From Candidatus Poseidoniaceae archaeon (lineage in GTDB: Archaea; Thermoplasmatota; Poseidoniia; Poseidoniales; Poseidoniaceae): a stretch of DNA of 64,000 nt. Each line of letters begins with the position of its first letter. Positions within the stretch are counted from its first letter, which is position 1. The position numbers were made by a program, and so were the translations under genes. The notes below the pieces were generated by a model. The model was not told the DNA's origin. It searched no databases and was given only the letters and a program-made list of their open reading frames with translations. The stretch spans positions 59,361 through 123,360 of the forward strand of contig JASLKG010000001.1 of assembly GCA_030747695.1 (NCBI GenBank), read 5' to 3'. Below, piece by piece: positions 19,628 to 28,786 of this stretch.

Positions 19628-20029
19628 TCAATCTTCTGCCAGGAAATCGACATACTCATCTGGATCAAGTAAATTTTCCATGTCGACTTCGTAAGGTCTT
19701 AGAATGATAATCCAACCTAGATCATATGGCGAATCATTAACTAATTCAGGATTAATTTCTACTTCGCCATTTACTTCAACAATTTCTCCCGAAAATGGAG
19801 ATGGAAATGTAAATTTCTCTTCTGCAGTCCATATCGAGAAGAAACTTTGGTCATCATCAACTTCTGTTTCTGCATGTGGTAATATGACTCTCAAAATTTC
19901 TCCTATGTCTGAACTAAGAAAATCGGATATACCGATTACCAATCTGTCTTCCTTTTCTTGGTACCAAAGATGGTCCCTCGAATATTTTCTATTATGCGCA
20001 ATCCCGAATTCCATGACTTCCTCTTCCAT
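19628..20029 (-). CDS. glycine cleavage system H-like protein lacking the lipoyl lysine
   Basis: KYSRDHLW, IGISDF, SPFSGEIVEVN, PELVNDSPYDLGWI. The canonical ESVK is replaced by WTAE. Confidence 0.85.
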   Translation of the reverse strand: MEEEVMEFGIAHNRKYSRDHLWYQEKEDRLVIGISDFLSSDIGEILRVILPHAETEVDDDQSFFSIWTAEEKFTFPSPFSGEIVEVNGEVEINPELVNDSPYDLGWIIILRPYEVDMENLLDPDEYVDFLAED

Positions 20030-20134
20030 GGCCAACCCTATGGCGCCGTTTAACAAGTGATATATGAACACAGTGTTTTTTTGAAAAATCATTTATCAGG
20101 TTGAATCATATGCTTAATCGCCTTCGCGTACCAC

Positions 20135-21307
20135 ATGCAGTTCGGAGAAACTGAAGAACAACAGATGATTCGAGAAATGGTTCGAGACTTTGCAGAAACG
20201 GTCCTACCTCCTACGATTGAAGAGCGTGATGAAAAGCAGATTCCGCCTGCTGCAGAATGGCAACAGTTCCTTGATTATGGCCTACAAGGAGTAACAATAC
20301 CCGAAGAATTTGGCGGTAATCCTGTCGATGATGTCTCGGAATCAATAATTGTAGAGGAATTAGCTAGAGTTGATCCTTCATTTGCAGTAATGTTCTGTGT
20401 TCATGTTGGTTTGTGTTCCAAAACAATATCGTTACATGGAAATGAAGATCAAAAGGCAAAATATCTTCCAAGGCTTGCTGCAGGCGAAGTAGGTGCATAT
20501 TCACTTTCAGAAGCTGGTGCCGGAACTGATGCTGCAGCAATGACTTGTAAAGCAAAACTATCAGATGATGGAACCCACTATATCTTGAATGGAGAAAAGA
20601 TGTGGGTTACAAATGGAGCACAAGCTCAAATCTATGTCCTATTTGCAAAAGACGTCGATCATCCGGATTACGGTGTAAAAAAGCATGGAGGTTCGACAGC
20701 TTTCATCGTAGAACAATCCTTTGAAGGCTTCACTGTTGGTAAGAAAGAAGACAAACTTGGAATTCGTTCATCAGATACATGTACTCTCATTCTTGAAAAT
20801 TGTAAAGTTCCTGTTGAAAATGTACTGAAAGGATCTGGAAAAGGATTTTCTATAGCAATGAATGCATTAGATAATTCTAGGATTGGAATTGCAGCTCAAG
20901 CATTAGGTATTGCACAAGGTGCATATGAGGCTGCTTTGAAGTATGCACATGAGCGTGAAGCATTTGGAAAACCAATTGCACATCACCAAATGATTACAAC
21001 CTATTTAGCTGATATGGCCACAAAAATCGATGCAGCTCGTTTATTGGTATACAAAGCATCTTGGGCCAAACAACAGCACTATGAGAATGCAGGACCTCGC
21101 CATACAAAGGAAGCAAGTATAGCAAAATTGTATGCTGGAGATACTGCAATGTGGGTATCAGAGCGAGCAGTACAAGTTCTCGGAGGTTATGGCTATACCA
21201 AAGAATTCCCAGTTGAAAGGTTCTTCAGAGATGCTAAGATTACACAAATCTATGAAGGAACTCAAGAAGTTCAGAGAATTGTTATTGCCCGTTCAATAAA
21301 ACCATGA
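20135..21307 (+). CDS. acyl-CoA dehydrogenase (short/branched-chain type)
   Basis: LSEAGAGTDA, NGEKMWVTN, KLGIRSSDT, RIGIAAQALG, QVLGGYGY, IYEGTQEVQR. Confidence 0.95.
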   Translation: MQFGETEEQQMIREMVRDFAETVLPPTIEERDEKQIPPAAEWQQFLDYGLQGVTIPEEFGGNPVDDVSESIIVEELARVDPSFAVMFCVHVGLCSKTISLHGNEDQKAKYLPRLAAGEVGAYSLSEAGAGTDAAAMTCKAKLSDDGTHYILNGEKMWVTNGAQAQIYVLFAKDVDHPDYGVKKHGGSTAFIVEQSFEGFTVGKKEDKLGIRSSDTCTLILENCKVPVENVLKGSGKGFSIAMNALDNSRIGIAAQALGIAQGAYEAALKYAHEREAFGKPIAHHQMITTYLADMATKIDAARLLVYKASWAKQQHYENAGPRHTKEASIAKLYAGDTAMWVSERAVQVLGGYGYTKEFPVERFFRDAKITQIYEGTQEVQRIVIARSIKP

Positions 21308-21350
21308 AACTCTTCAAAGGGTTCTTGAGTGAGATGTATAACGGCCAAAT

Positions 21351-22793
21351 GTGCGCATTAGTGTATTGTTTACGCTTATACTTTTGATAACTCAGTCTTT
21401 GGCTGGTTGCTTTGGAGATGAAGAAGCAGAGTCTGAAATCAAAATTTCAACACCATTAGATGGTTTGTTTAGTTCTACAACTTGGTATCATTATCCAGGC
21501 GCAGTCAATGCATCAAATGCTTCGATAGGATATCAAAATCTAACTGGTAATTCTACACCATATCCTGCAATCGGAACATATTATGGAATTGGAGATACAA
21601 CCTTTGAACCTACGATAGGGGTAACCTCTACGGGCGGAATTCATTTTTCATCGTATGGGGGAAGTGGTTCTGGTACAATGGTTTACACCTCTATGGATCA
21701 GGGTATGACATGGAACAATATGGGCCCATTCAATCCGATTTTACCAAGTATTGGACAAGTGCCATCTTCTAATGATCCTTACATTTACGTGGATAAGTGG
21801 ACGGATCGGATTGTGAAATTTGACATGCATGCATTGACTGCAATGTTTGTAGAATACTCAGATGATGATGGGCAGACTTGGTCGATTCCATTTTCTGCAG
21901 AAGGATACTACAGCCCACAAGATCATCAATCAATTGCTTCAACACTTGATGTTGAAGGTATAGGATTTCATGAAACAATCTATGTTTTCTGTATCAATAC
22001 TGGTTCTTCAGCGCTTGGGCCACAGTGCTCACGTAGTCTAGATGGCGCACATACTTGGGATATTCAGCGCCCAGGATACCCAATAGGAACTCCTCAATGT
22101 TCAGGATTACATGGGCATCTTGCAGGATCTAATGATGGGGCCATTTATCGTGGTAATCCTTCATGTGATGGTCCTGCAGTGTATCGAAGTACCGATGGCG
22201 GATATTCATGGACCGAGCATACAATTACTACTGAAGTTCAAATGCAACAAGGCTGGCATAGTCATGAAGTTGCTGTTGGTACAGACGAGGCAGGTAATCT
22301 ATTTGCCACTTGGATTAGTGTCGATGAAATGCCTTGGATGGCATATTCACGTGATCAAGGTGACACATGGTCAGAACCAATGATGGTCGCACCACCAGGA
22401 GTAAATGAAACGGGATTCCCTACAATTTTTGCTGGCGAAGAAGGCCGTGTTGTAGTTGGATACATTGGCGAAGGAGATGAAAATGGTGGGTGGTCCGGAT
22501 ATATGTCAGTGATGACTGATGCATTTGCCGATAATCCATTGATTACAACTGTTGCTGTAAATTCTCCAGAAGATCCTTTGGACACAACAGATGATTGTGG
22601 AAACGTGAGATGTGGTGGTTTTGGAGATTTCATTGATGTTGAGATTGATGATGAAGGTAGACCATGGATTGCTCTTGCTCACAATACTAATGGTGAGATT
22701 GGAATAGTTGGAACTTATGTGACTGGTCCTGCCCTTTACGGAGAACTTATGCAATTGCCTGAAATAACTCCAGGTGGACCAAGCACACTCTAA
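21351..22793 (+). CDS. lipoprotein with BNR/Asp-box repeats (sialidase-like beta-propeller)
   Basis: Signal peptide with LAGC lipobox. Five Asp-boxes: SMDQGMTW, SDDDGQTW, SLDGAHTW, STDGGYSW, SRDQGDTW. Confidence 0.8.
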   Translation: MRISVLFTLILLITQSLAGCFGDEEAESEIKISTPLDGLFSSTTWYHYPGAVNASNASIGYQNLTGNSTPYPAIGTYYGIGDTTFEPTIGVTSTGGIHFSSYGGSGSGTMVYTSMDQGMTWNNMGPFNPILPSIGQVPSSNDPYIYVDKWTDRIVKFDMHALTAMFVEYSDDDGQTWSIPFSAEGYYSPQDHQSIASTLDVEGIGFHETIYVFCINTGSSALGPQCSRSLDGAHTWDIQRPGYPIGTPQCSGLHGHLAGSNDGAIYRGNPSCDGPAVYRSTDGGYSWTEHTITTEVQMQQGWHSHEVAVGTDEAGNLFATWISVDEMPWMAYSRDQGDTWSEPMMVAPPGVNETGFPTIFAGEEGRVVVGYIGEGDENGGWSGYMSVMTDAFADNPLITTVAVNSPEDPLDTTDDCGNVRCGGFGDFIDVEIDDEGRPWIALAHNTNGEIGIVGTYVTGPALYGELMQLPEITPGGPSTL

Positions 22794-22797
22794 TGAT

Positions 22798-24282
22798 TTA
22801 GAAAATAACACTTGCTTCAAGGACAGGTCGTTTAAGGCTTGGTGAGAAATCAACAAGTGAAGCATTTACAGAAATCGTGTCTCCTTCGCGATGATTCATA
22901 ATCTCCTCATCAAGAGATGGAGGGATTTTAACTAATCCAGAATACGGCCCACCATCAATTAATCCAGTAATAGTTTGACCTCCTTTGTATTCTACAGAAC
23001 CAATTAGTGTCCGCTCCATTTTTTCTATTTTGACCATTACGGCATAGCTACCGTGTTGAGAATTTATGATCTCCTTCCTTTCTGAATATAGACGCGAATT
23101 TTCAAGATCAAGAATAATCCTTTCAAGTTCAGTATCTATATCTGAAGTCAGCACTAGTTCTTCTTCCTCTTGAATTACTGCCTCTTCTTCAGGTTCTTCT
23201 TCCTCTTGAATTACTGCCTCTTCTTCAGGTTCTTCTTCAGTAAGCTCAATTTGTTCTTTTAATGCTACAACGAATTCCTCATAAGAGATTGTGCCATCAT
23301 TGTTTTTGTCTGCACCTGATATCATTTGCTGAATTTGATCTTTAGTAACTAGCCCTGCCCCTATTGTGGGTAGGAAAATTCCTATTTCATCAACTGAAAT
23401 AGATCCATCACCATCCAAATCTAGCATATTAAATGCCATTCTATAGTTCTCTTCGGTTCTGAGATGGTCTCCCACTATCGAAAAGAAGTTCTCTAATTTA
23501 GGATCAGATACAGAGGTTATTACCTCATCTATCTCATTGAATACTTCCTCAACAGATGAATCAAAATTATCGATTTTATCATCAACTGCTTTTGCTATAT
23601 TTTCGGCTGCAGCCTTAACCTCGTCTTTTGCAGCCGAGATGGACTTAGTTGCATCTTTTGCCCTTATTATGGCTTCATCTTTTGCCTTCATTACAGCAGC
23701 TTCCCTTAGTTGTGATGCCGCATCAGCAGCAATACCTGCTCCTCCCAAGACTGCAGCAGTCCCTCCAACAACCGCACCCAATTTCAATGCCTTTGAGGCT
23801 AAATCAGATGATTTTAATCCGGAAATCTTTTGCAAATCAGTACCGCCAGAACCAACACCATATGTTTTTGCAAGAACGGAGATTTCATTCGAAGCAAGAT
23901 CTTCTAAAGGTTTACCATCTCTTACCTCTTTGATTACTCGTCCTAGTATTTGATTTGCTTCATTATTATGGATTTTTGCAGCAGTTTGTTGTAAACCATC
24001 TGAATTTTCCCAGCCCCATGTTCCATCGTTTTTTTGTTTCAAAACCATACCCCCATCTGCCTTATTGAATAAATTTTGATTTGATTGTGCAAATCCCATT
24101 ACACCCGATTGAGATATTCCTATTATGCCCATTATTGCTCCAATTGGAATCATGCAGCAACCCAAAAAATTCGTAACATCTGTACCAATACCGAAAATTA
24201 GAAACATTCCACTTATGACGCAAAATAAGCCAAGATCTTTCAGTGGTTTTCCTGGAAGTTTCTCAATATCACCTGTGCCCAC
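22798..24282 (-). CDS. membrane-anchored EF-hand protein
   Basis: Two N-terminal TM segments, Ala-rich coiled region, paired EF-hand loops DLDGDGSISVDE and DKNNDGTISYEE, Glu-rich repeat, C-terminal beta domain. Confidence 0.75.
   Translation of the reverse strand: MGTGDIEKLPGKPLKDLGLFCVISGMFLIFGIGTDVTNFLGCCMIPIGAIMGIIGISQSGVMGFAQSNQNLFNKADGGMVLKQKNDGTWGWENSDGLQQTAAKIHNNEANQILGRVIKEVRDGKPLEDLASNEISVLAKTYGVGSGGTDLQKISGLKSSDLASKALKLGAVVGGTAAVLGGAGIAADAASQLREAAVMKAKDEAIIRAKDATKSISAAKDEVKAAAENIAKAVDDKIDNFDSSVEEVFNEIDEVITSVSDPKLENFFSIVGDHLRTEENYRMAFNMLDLDGDGSISVDEIGIFLPTIGAGLVTKDQIQQMISGADKNNDGTISYEEFVVALKEQIELTEEEPEEEAVIQEEEEPEEEAVIQEEEELVLTSDIDTELERIILDLENSRLYSERKEIINSQHGSYAVMVKIEKMERTLIGSVEYKGGQTITGLIDGGPYSGLVKIPPSLDEEIMNHREGDTISVNASLVDFSPSLKRPVLEASVIF
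23158..23238. repeat. perfect 36-bp in-frame tandem repeat (2.25 copies)
   Basis: TTCTTCTTCCTCTTGAATTACTGCCTCTTCTTCAGG at 23158-23193 and 23194-23229, plus a 9-nt partial copy. Encodes PEEEAVIQEEEE twice. Confidence 0.9.
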
Positions 24283-24337
24283 GGTAACGCCCTCTTATTT
24301 GTTGGAAAAAATGATTGCTAATATACATGTGTGATAT

Positions 24338-25591
24338 TTATGGCCACTGCATTTTTGGCCATTCATTAGGGTCGCCATGCTGCCAAGGTATTGTGCATAG
24401 AACAGCCTCAATTTCCGATTCATGTTTTAAATTCCTTTCAATTTGTATTCTGTGCAACCATTCCTTTAATCTTCCAAGTTTATTTCCTGGTTCTAGATTA
24501 GTACGTTTCATTAGCCATTTGCCATCAATTATACATTTAACATTAACAGGATAATCCAAAGATTTTTCCATCATAGAAACATCCCCATTCTTTGATTTTA
24601 TTAATGATATATGGGTTTTAACTTCATCGCCAATAACTGTTCTATAGATTCTTAATTCATTATTAGAAGGGATGTTATCAATCAAAAATCTAAGATGCTT
24701 GGTACGTTTTATATCGTCATTAGACATCTTTAATTTCTTTAATGTAGATGTCAACTCCTTAATCGAATGCGATTGGAAAAGCAGTGCTAGTCTTACATGA
24801 GTATCACATGGGGTTTTGTCAATTTCTTCGAATGCATTAATGGGGAAACTGGTGCCAGTTAATGTGCCAAGGATTCCATCCCTATACATGCGAGAAAGTA
24901 CTGTAGATGCATTTTCTCCTGATATTATCTGACGTAATTCAGGCCAAATTCGTTCGGCTGAAGACATAAGTATCATCGATCTATTATCTATTAATGCAGC
25001 ACTTAGTGCTTCATTTGGGGGCCAAATACCCGAATTACCTCTATCCATAAACCGGTAAGCTCTAATCACTCTCAAACCATCCTCAGATAATCTATGCTGT
25101 GGATCTCCTACTGCACAAAGTAATCCTCTTTTCAAGTCTTCTTCGCCACCATACGGGTCATGTAGTAATTTTCTTGCACAATCATATGCCATGGAATTCA
25201 TGGTGAAATCTCTTCGCGATAAATCGATGGATAAACTATCTCCCCATTCGACTTCATCAGGCCTTCTTCCATCTCCATAACTGGACTCAGTTCGCAGTGT
25301 AGTTACTTGAAAATATGAATCTCCACTGCAGACGGTTACAGTTCCGAATTGTATTCCAGTAGGTATGGTATTCTCAAAAGATTCAACAATTTCTTCGGGT
25401 ACAGCAGTAGTACATATGTCAAAATCAGTTGGATTCTTCCCTAACAATGCGTCTCTGATAGCACCTCCAACAACCCATACTCCGTAACCTCCTGCTGCAA
25501 GAACATTAACTACATGCGCTAAATCATCATTGATTTCAATCAAATTACTTCGGGGGTTACCTGGAACATCTGCAAGTAAACCCTCTTCCAT
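24338..25591 (-). CDS. cca: class II tRNA nucleotidyltransferase (CCA-adding / poly(A) polymerase family)
   Basis: VGGAIRD..DFD, TLRTE..YGDGRRP loop, DLSRRDFTMN, EDGLRVIRAYRF, SAERIWPEL. Confidence 0.88.
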   Translation of the reverse strand: MEEGLLADVPGNPRSNLIEINDDLAHVVNVLAAGGYGVWVVGGAIRDALLGKNPTDFDICTTAVPEEIVESFENTIPTGIQFGTVTVCSGDSYFQVTTLRTESSYGDGRRPDEVEWGDSLSIDLSRRDFTMNSMAYDCARKLLHDPYGGEEDLKRGLLCAVGDPQHRLSEDGLRVIRAYRFMDRGNSGIWPPNEALSAALIDNRSMILMSSAERIWPELRQIISGENASTVLSRMYRDGILGTLTGTSFPINAFEEIDKTPCDTHVRLALLFQSHSIKELTSTLKKLKMSNDDIKRTKHLRFLIDNIPSNNELRIYRTVIGDEVKTHISLIKSKNGDVSMMEKSLDYPVNVKCIIDGKWLMKRTNLEPGNKLGRLKEWLHRIQIERNLKHESEIEAVLCTIPWQHGDPNEWPKMQWP

Positions 25592-25635
25592 GGTGCACGG
25601 GTGTTACATCATTTCCAAAGCATTATCGCATTATT

Positions 25636-26073
25636 ATGGTTCGAACATACATGGCTTGGGACTCCGAGGACGTACAATTGGTACCAATCTCTTGGCTAAA
25701 ACCTCATGAAGAAATAAATGTGAGGGGAAGAGATAAACTTCTCGACATGACAAAAAGATGGAAAGGTTACACTAAGCCCCTACTTGTAGATTCGGAAACA
25801 GGTACCATCTTGGATGGGCACCATCGCTATTCAATAGGCCTAGTATTGAATCTAAGGCGCCTTCCTGCCATATGTGTTAATTATCTTCAAGATGAAAATG
25901 TCTCAGTTTCATTATGGCCAGGTTCTGATCTCGAATCAATTACAAAGGACGATGTAATCAATATGGCACTCTCTGGAAAGGTATATCCTCCAAAAACAAG
26001 TAAACATGAATTGAAAAATTATCTTCCGCCAATACATGTTTTACTAGATATATTATTGAAAGAATCTGATTAA
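25636..26073 (+). CDS. ParB/Sulfiredoxin-domain protein (SerK/SbnI-like, minimal)
   Basis: LKPHEE, PLLVD, ILDGHHR, ITKDDVINMALSGKVYPPKTSKH. Confidence 0.75.
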   Translation: MVRTYMAWDSEDVQLVPISWLKPHEEINVRGRDKLLDMTKRWKGYTKPLLVDSETGTILDGHHRYSIGLVLNLRRLPAICVNYLQDENVSVSLWPGSDLESITKDDVINMALSGKVYPPKTSKHELKNYLPPIHVLLDILLKESD

Positions 26074-27818
26074 CGTTTTGAGTTCTTTATTGAATTCCAA
26101 ATTTTGTTACCTTTTCCAACGACTTTGATCTGATGTTCTGGGTTTGAAATAGGAGTGACACTTATTGTTTTCATGCCTCCATCCCTCGAAATAACAAATT
26201 TCATAGGCGCATCTATGTATCCATAAATTGCAGCACTCAACTCTTTTGATTTTGTGATTCTAAGTCCGTTTATTGCAACAATTTCATCACCAGTTTGTAT
26301 TGACTCTCTACATGGGGATCCTGCAAGGTGTGTTCTAACAATGACACGACCTGTACTATCTGTAGTATTAAGACCAACCCAAGCTCCTTTTTGCTCCTTT
26401 TCACGTTCGAGTTTTAGCCCAAGATTAGCCATAGCTGTTTCGACATCAGGAGTATTTCTTGTATTCACTAACTCATCCAGAGTTTTACCAAGTCGCCCTC
26501 CTCCTTTGGTGTTTGTGAGAGCCTTTCTTATGTCGAGATAAGTAATCCCTTCAGAACCAGATCCAATGCGATGGTTATGGTAAAGTTCCTTCATTACATC
26601 ATCCATTCCAGATTCGCCTTTTGAACGCTTTCTTAATTCAACATCTAGGCAAAAAATAGCCATTTCTCCTTCAAGATAATATGAGATTTGTACTTCTCTA
26701 CTGTAAGAATTAGGCCTGTAGAGGTGTATCCATGCATCATGACTACTTTCACTAAGAGATTCATGCAACATACCATTTCTGCTTGTGTGACGTTTCATTT
26801 TACGCATCCAATCTTTACGCCAATCTTCTTCAGACCATGCGCCAGATCTCAGACACAGTATGTCTCCAAGCCAACTAGTGCCTCCTTCAAACCACCATAG
26901 CAAATCAGTGTGTACTTCAGTTTGTAAATCATAATTGATGAAATTACGTGGTCTTAATTGTTTGACATTCCATTGGTGTAAGAATTCATGAGAGAATAGT
27001 GATATTAAATCACGCCATTCCTCTTCATTACCTTCCTGTAGGCATTTTCGAGGCATCATCGAAGTTTGACTTCTGAGATGTTCCAAACCACCTCTTCCTC
27101 TTTCAGTAAAGTGAAGTACAGTCAGGTATTCATCCCAATCAGGTAAGCCAAATAAGGCATAATGTTCTTCAATAACTAGAGTTGCTGATTTAATGAATCT
27201 ATCAATCGAATGTTTTGGAATTTCAACATTACCAGAATCCCAAACTTTCAGATGTTGTAACTTTCCTGCAACCTCCCAAGAAATCAAGTCATTCTCATTT
27301 GATTCGAATATACCATCTAAAAGTTCATCTCGACCATAAGCTTTCCAAGATTTACCTGAAGATGGTAGTTGAGTTACAGTTTTCCAATTTTTTGGAGTAA
27401 TGACATTAACATTGTGTGTTTTATCTAATCTTGTTAAATCAATTCCTTTAGATGGTAGCATCCAAGTGTATGGCGGCATTATGTGTACATGTGTATCACT
27501 TAGATGGTTAGCCCTGCATGTCATTTCAACAGCAAGTACTCTATAGGTGACCACTAACTTACTAAAGTCACTGATACCAATTAATCTTACTCCATCTACG
27601 CCGAAACGTTTTGTTTTTATTGGCACTCCATCAACAGTTGCCTCTAGGTCGGAAAGATGTTGCATTGGTTCTCTAATTAGATATGACCCGGGGATCCATC
27701 TTGGAAATTTCAACTCTAGTGAAGAAGATGTAAATGGTCCTTCAATCTCTATACTAACTTCAAGTCTGCGACTTGAAAAGTTTCGCGCATCAACTGAGAA
27801 CGTAAGTCCAGAATTCAT
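26070..27818 (-). CDS. M61 family glycyl aminopeptidase with PDZ domain
   Basis: PRWIPGSYLIRE, GGLEH, HEFLHQWNVK, LWWFEGGTS, SYYLEG; C-terminal PDZ (GDEIVAING). Confidence 0.92.
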   Translation of the reverse strand: MNSGLTFSVDARNFSSRRLEVSIEIEGPFTSSSLELKFPRWIPGSYLIREPMQHLSDLEATVDGVPIKTKRFGVDGVRLIGISDFSKLVVTYRVLAVEMTCRANHLSDTHVHIMPPYTWMLPSKGIDLTRLDKTHNVNVITPKNWKTVTQLPSSGKSWKAYGRDELLDGIFESNENDLISWEVAGKLQHLKVWDSGNVEIPKHSIDRFIKSATLVIEEHYALFGLPDWDEYLTVLHFTERGRGGLEHLRSQTSMMPRKCLQEGNEEEWRDLISLFSHEFLHQWNVKQLRPRNFINYDLQTEVHTDLLWWFEGGTSWLGDILCLRSGAWSEEDWRKDWMRKMKRHTSRNGMLHESLSESSHDAWIHLYRPNSYSREVQISYYLEGEMAIFCLDVELRKRSKGESGMDDVMKELYHNHRIGSGSEGITYLDIRKALTNTKGGGRLGKTLDELVNTRNTPDVETAMANLGLKLEREKEQKGAWVGLNTTDSTGRVIVRTHLAGSPCRESIQTGDEIVAINGLRITKSKELSAAIYGYIDAPMKFVISRDGGMKTISVTPISNPEHQIKVVGKGNKIWNSIKNSKR

Positions 27819-28777
27819 AGGCCCTCTCCTGTCAACTCACTGACGGAGGCTGATAGGTTGTTCGCTGCCATTTTTACTAGAACTGAATCATCTTCTGAAA
27901 TTATTGCTAAACGAGCCAAATCTACATCAGTCTGACCATCCATTTGCTCAATCAATTTTGAACGTGTCCTATTATCGATATCTTGGTTTTCAATGAGTGA
28001 CCATCTAAGGCTATTAGAATGGGGGTCCTTTCTATTTCGTAGCCATCTCAGTAATAGCGATGGTTGTATTTTAGAAATTAGTTCTATTCTTTCATCTAAA
28101 TCTAATACTTCTTTTCTGAGAGTATCTGCAATACTAGAACGCACTTTAGGGTTTGAATCATTACAAACTCTTTCCAATAGCGGCCCTCCTTTTTTTACAA
28201 TGAGGGCAGAAATAAGAGATCTTAGCGAAGGATCGCTAGATGTTAATCCTCTTTCCAAAGTTTTGTCGTCAAGTTCAATCATGTTCCGAGATGCTGATGC
28301 AATAGCTTCCCTTCGTACAGATGAATGGTTGTCAGATATCAGTTTTGAAATAAATCCAGAATCAGTTGAGTTTTCCGCTACAATAATTCGCACTGAGTGA
28401 TGTTCATCTCTTGACATAATATCGTGATATTCTGTATTTGTTTTTAATGCGTTTCCAGAAAAAGCCCTAGTGATATAATCTTCAGAATCAAGAAGTTCTA
28501 TTGCTAAATCACTGGCCTCTACTTGTTCCAATAGTTCTGCAGCCAAACGCGTTTTTCCCTTTTCAATTAAAACCCGCAGGTCATCTTCTTTTGAGGCCCA
28601 CTTTCTATATGCATCAATCGCTTTATTCTGGAACCAATTCTCTTCGTCATCAAGTAATTTACAAAATCCTTCCAGTGCTATTGGGTTATTCATCTCAAAC
28701 AGGTTACGTACAGCCTTTCTACGAATGCGCACATCTTTATGATGTAGTTTTTCAATTGCACTGAAAATATCTTTCAT
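27815..28777 (-). CDS. HEAT-repeat protein
   Basis: Repeated (L)xDxxxxVRxxA units: DVRIRRKAV, DEHHSVRIIVA, DNHSSVRREA, DSNPKVRSSIA, DDSVLVKMAA. Confidence 0.85.
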   Translation of the reverse strand: MKDIFSAIEKLHHKDVRIRRKAVRNLFEMNNPIALEGFCKLLDDEENWFQNKAIDAYRKWASKEDDLRVLIEKGKTRLAAELLEQVEASDLAIELLDSEDYITRAFSGNALKTNTEYHDIMSRDEHHSVRIIVAENSTDSGFISKLISDNHSSVRREAIASASRNMIELDDKTLERGLTSSDPSLRSLISALIVKKGGPLLERVCNDSNPKVRSSIADTLRKEVLDLDERIELISKIQPSLLLRWLRNRKDPHSNSLRWSLIENQDIDNRTRSKLIEQMDGQTDVDLARLAIISEDDSVLVKMAANNLSASVSELTGEGL

Positions 28778-28786
28778 AATTAGTCC

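Noticed and set aside
23158-23238. 36-bp repeat as a CRISPR array
   Set aside because: The copies are directly tandem with no spacers, in frame inside a CDS, and there are no cas genes.
25636-26073. ParB as part of a ParABS partition system
   Set aside because: No HTH or dimerisation domain and no parA nearby; the motifs fit SerK-like proteins better.
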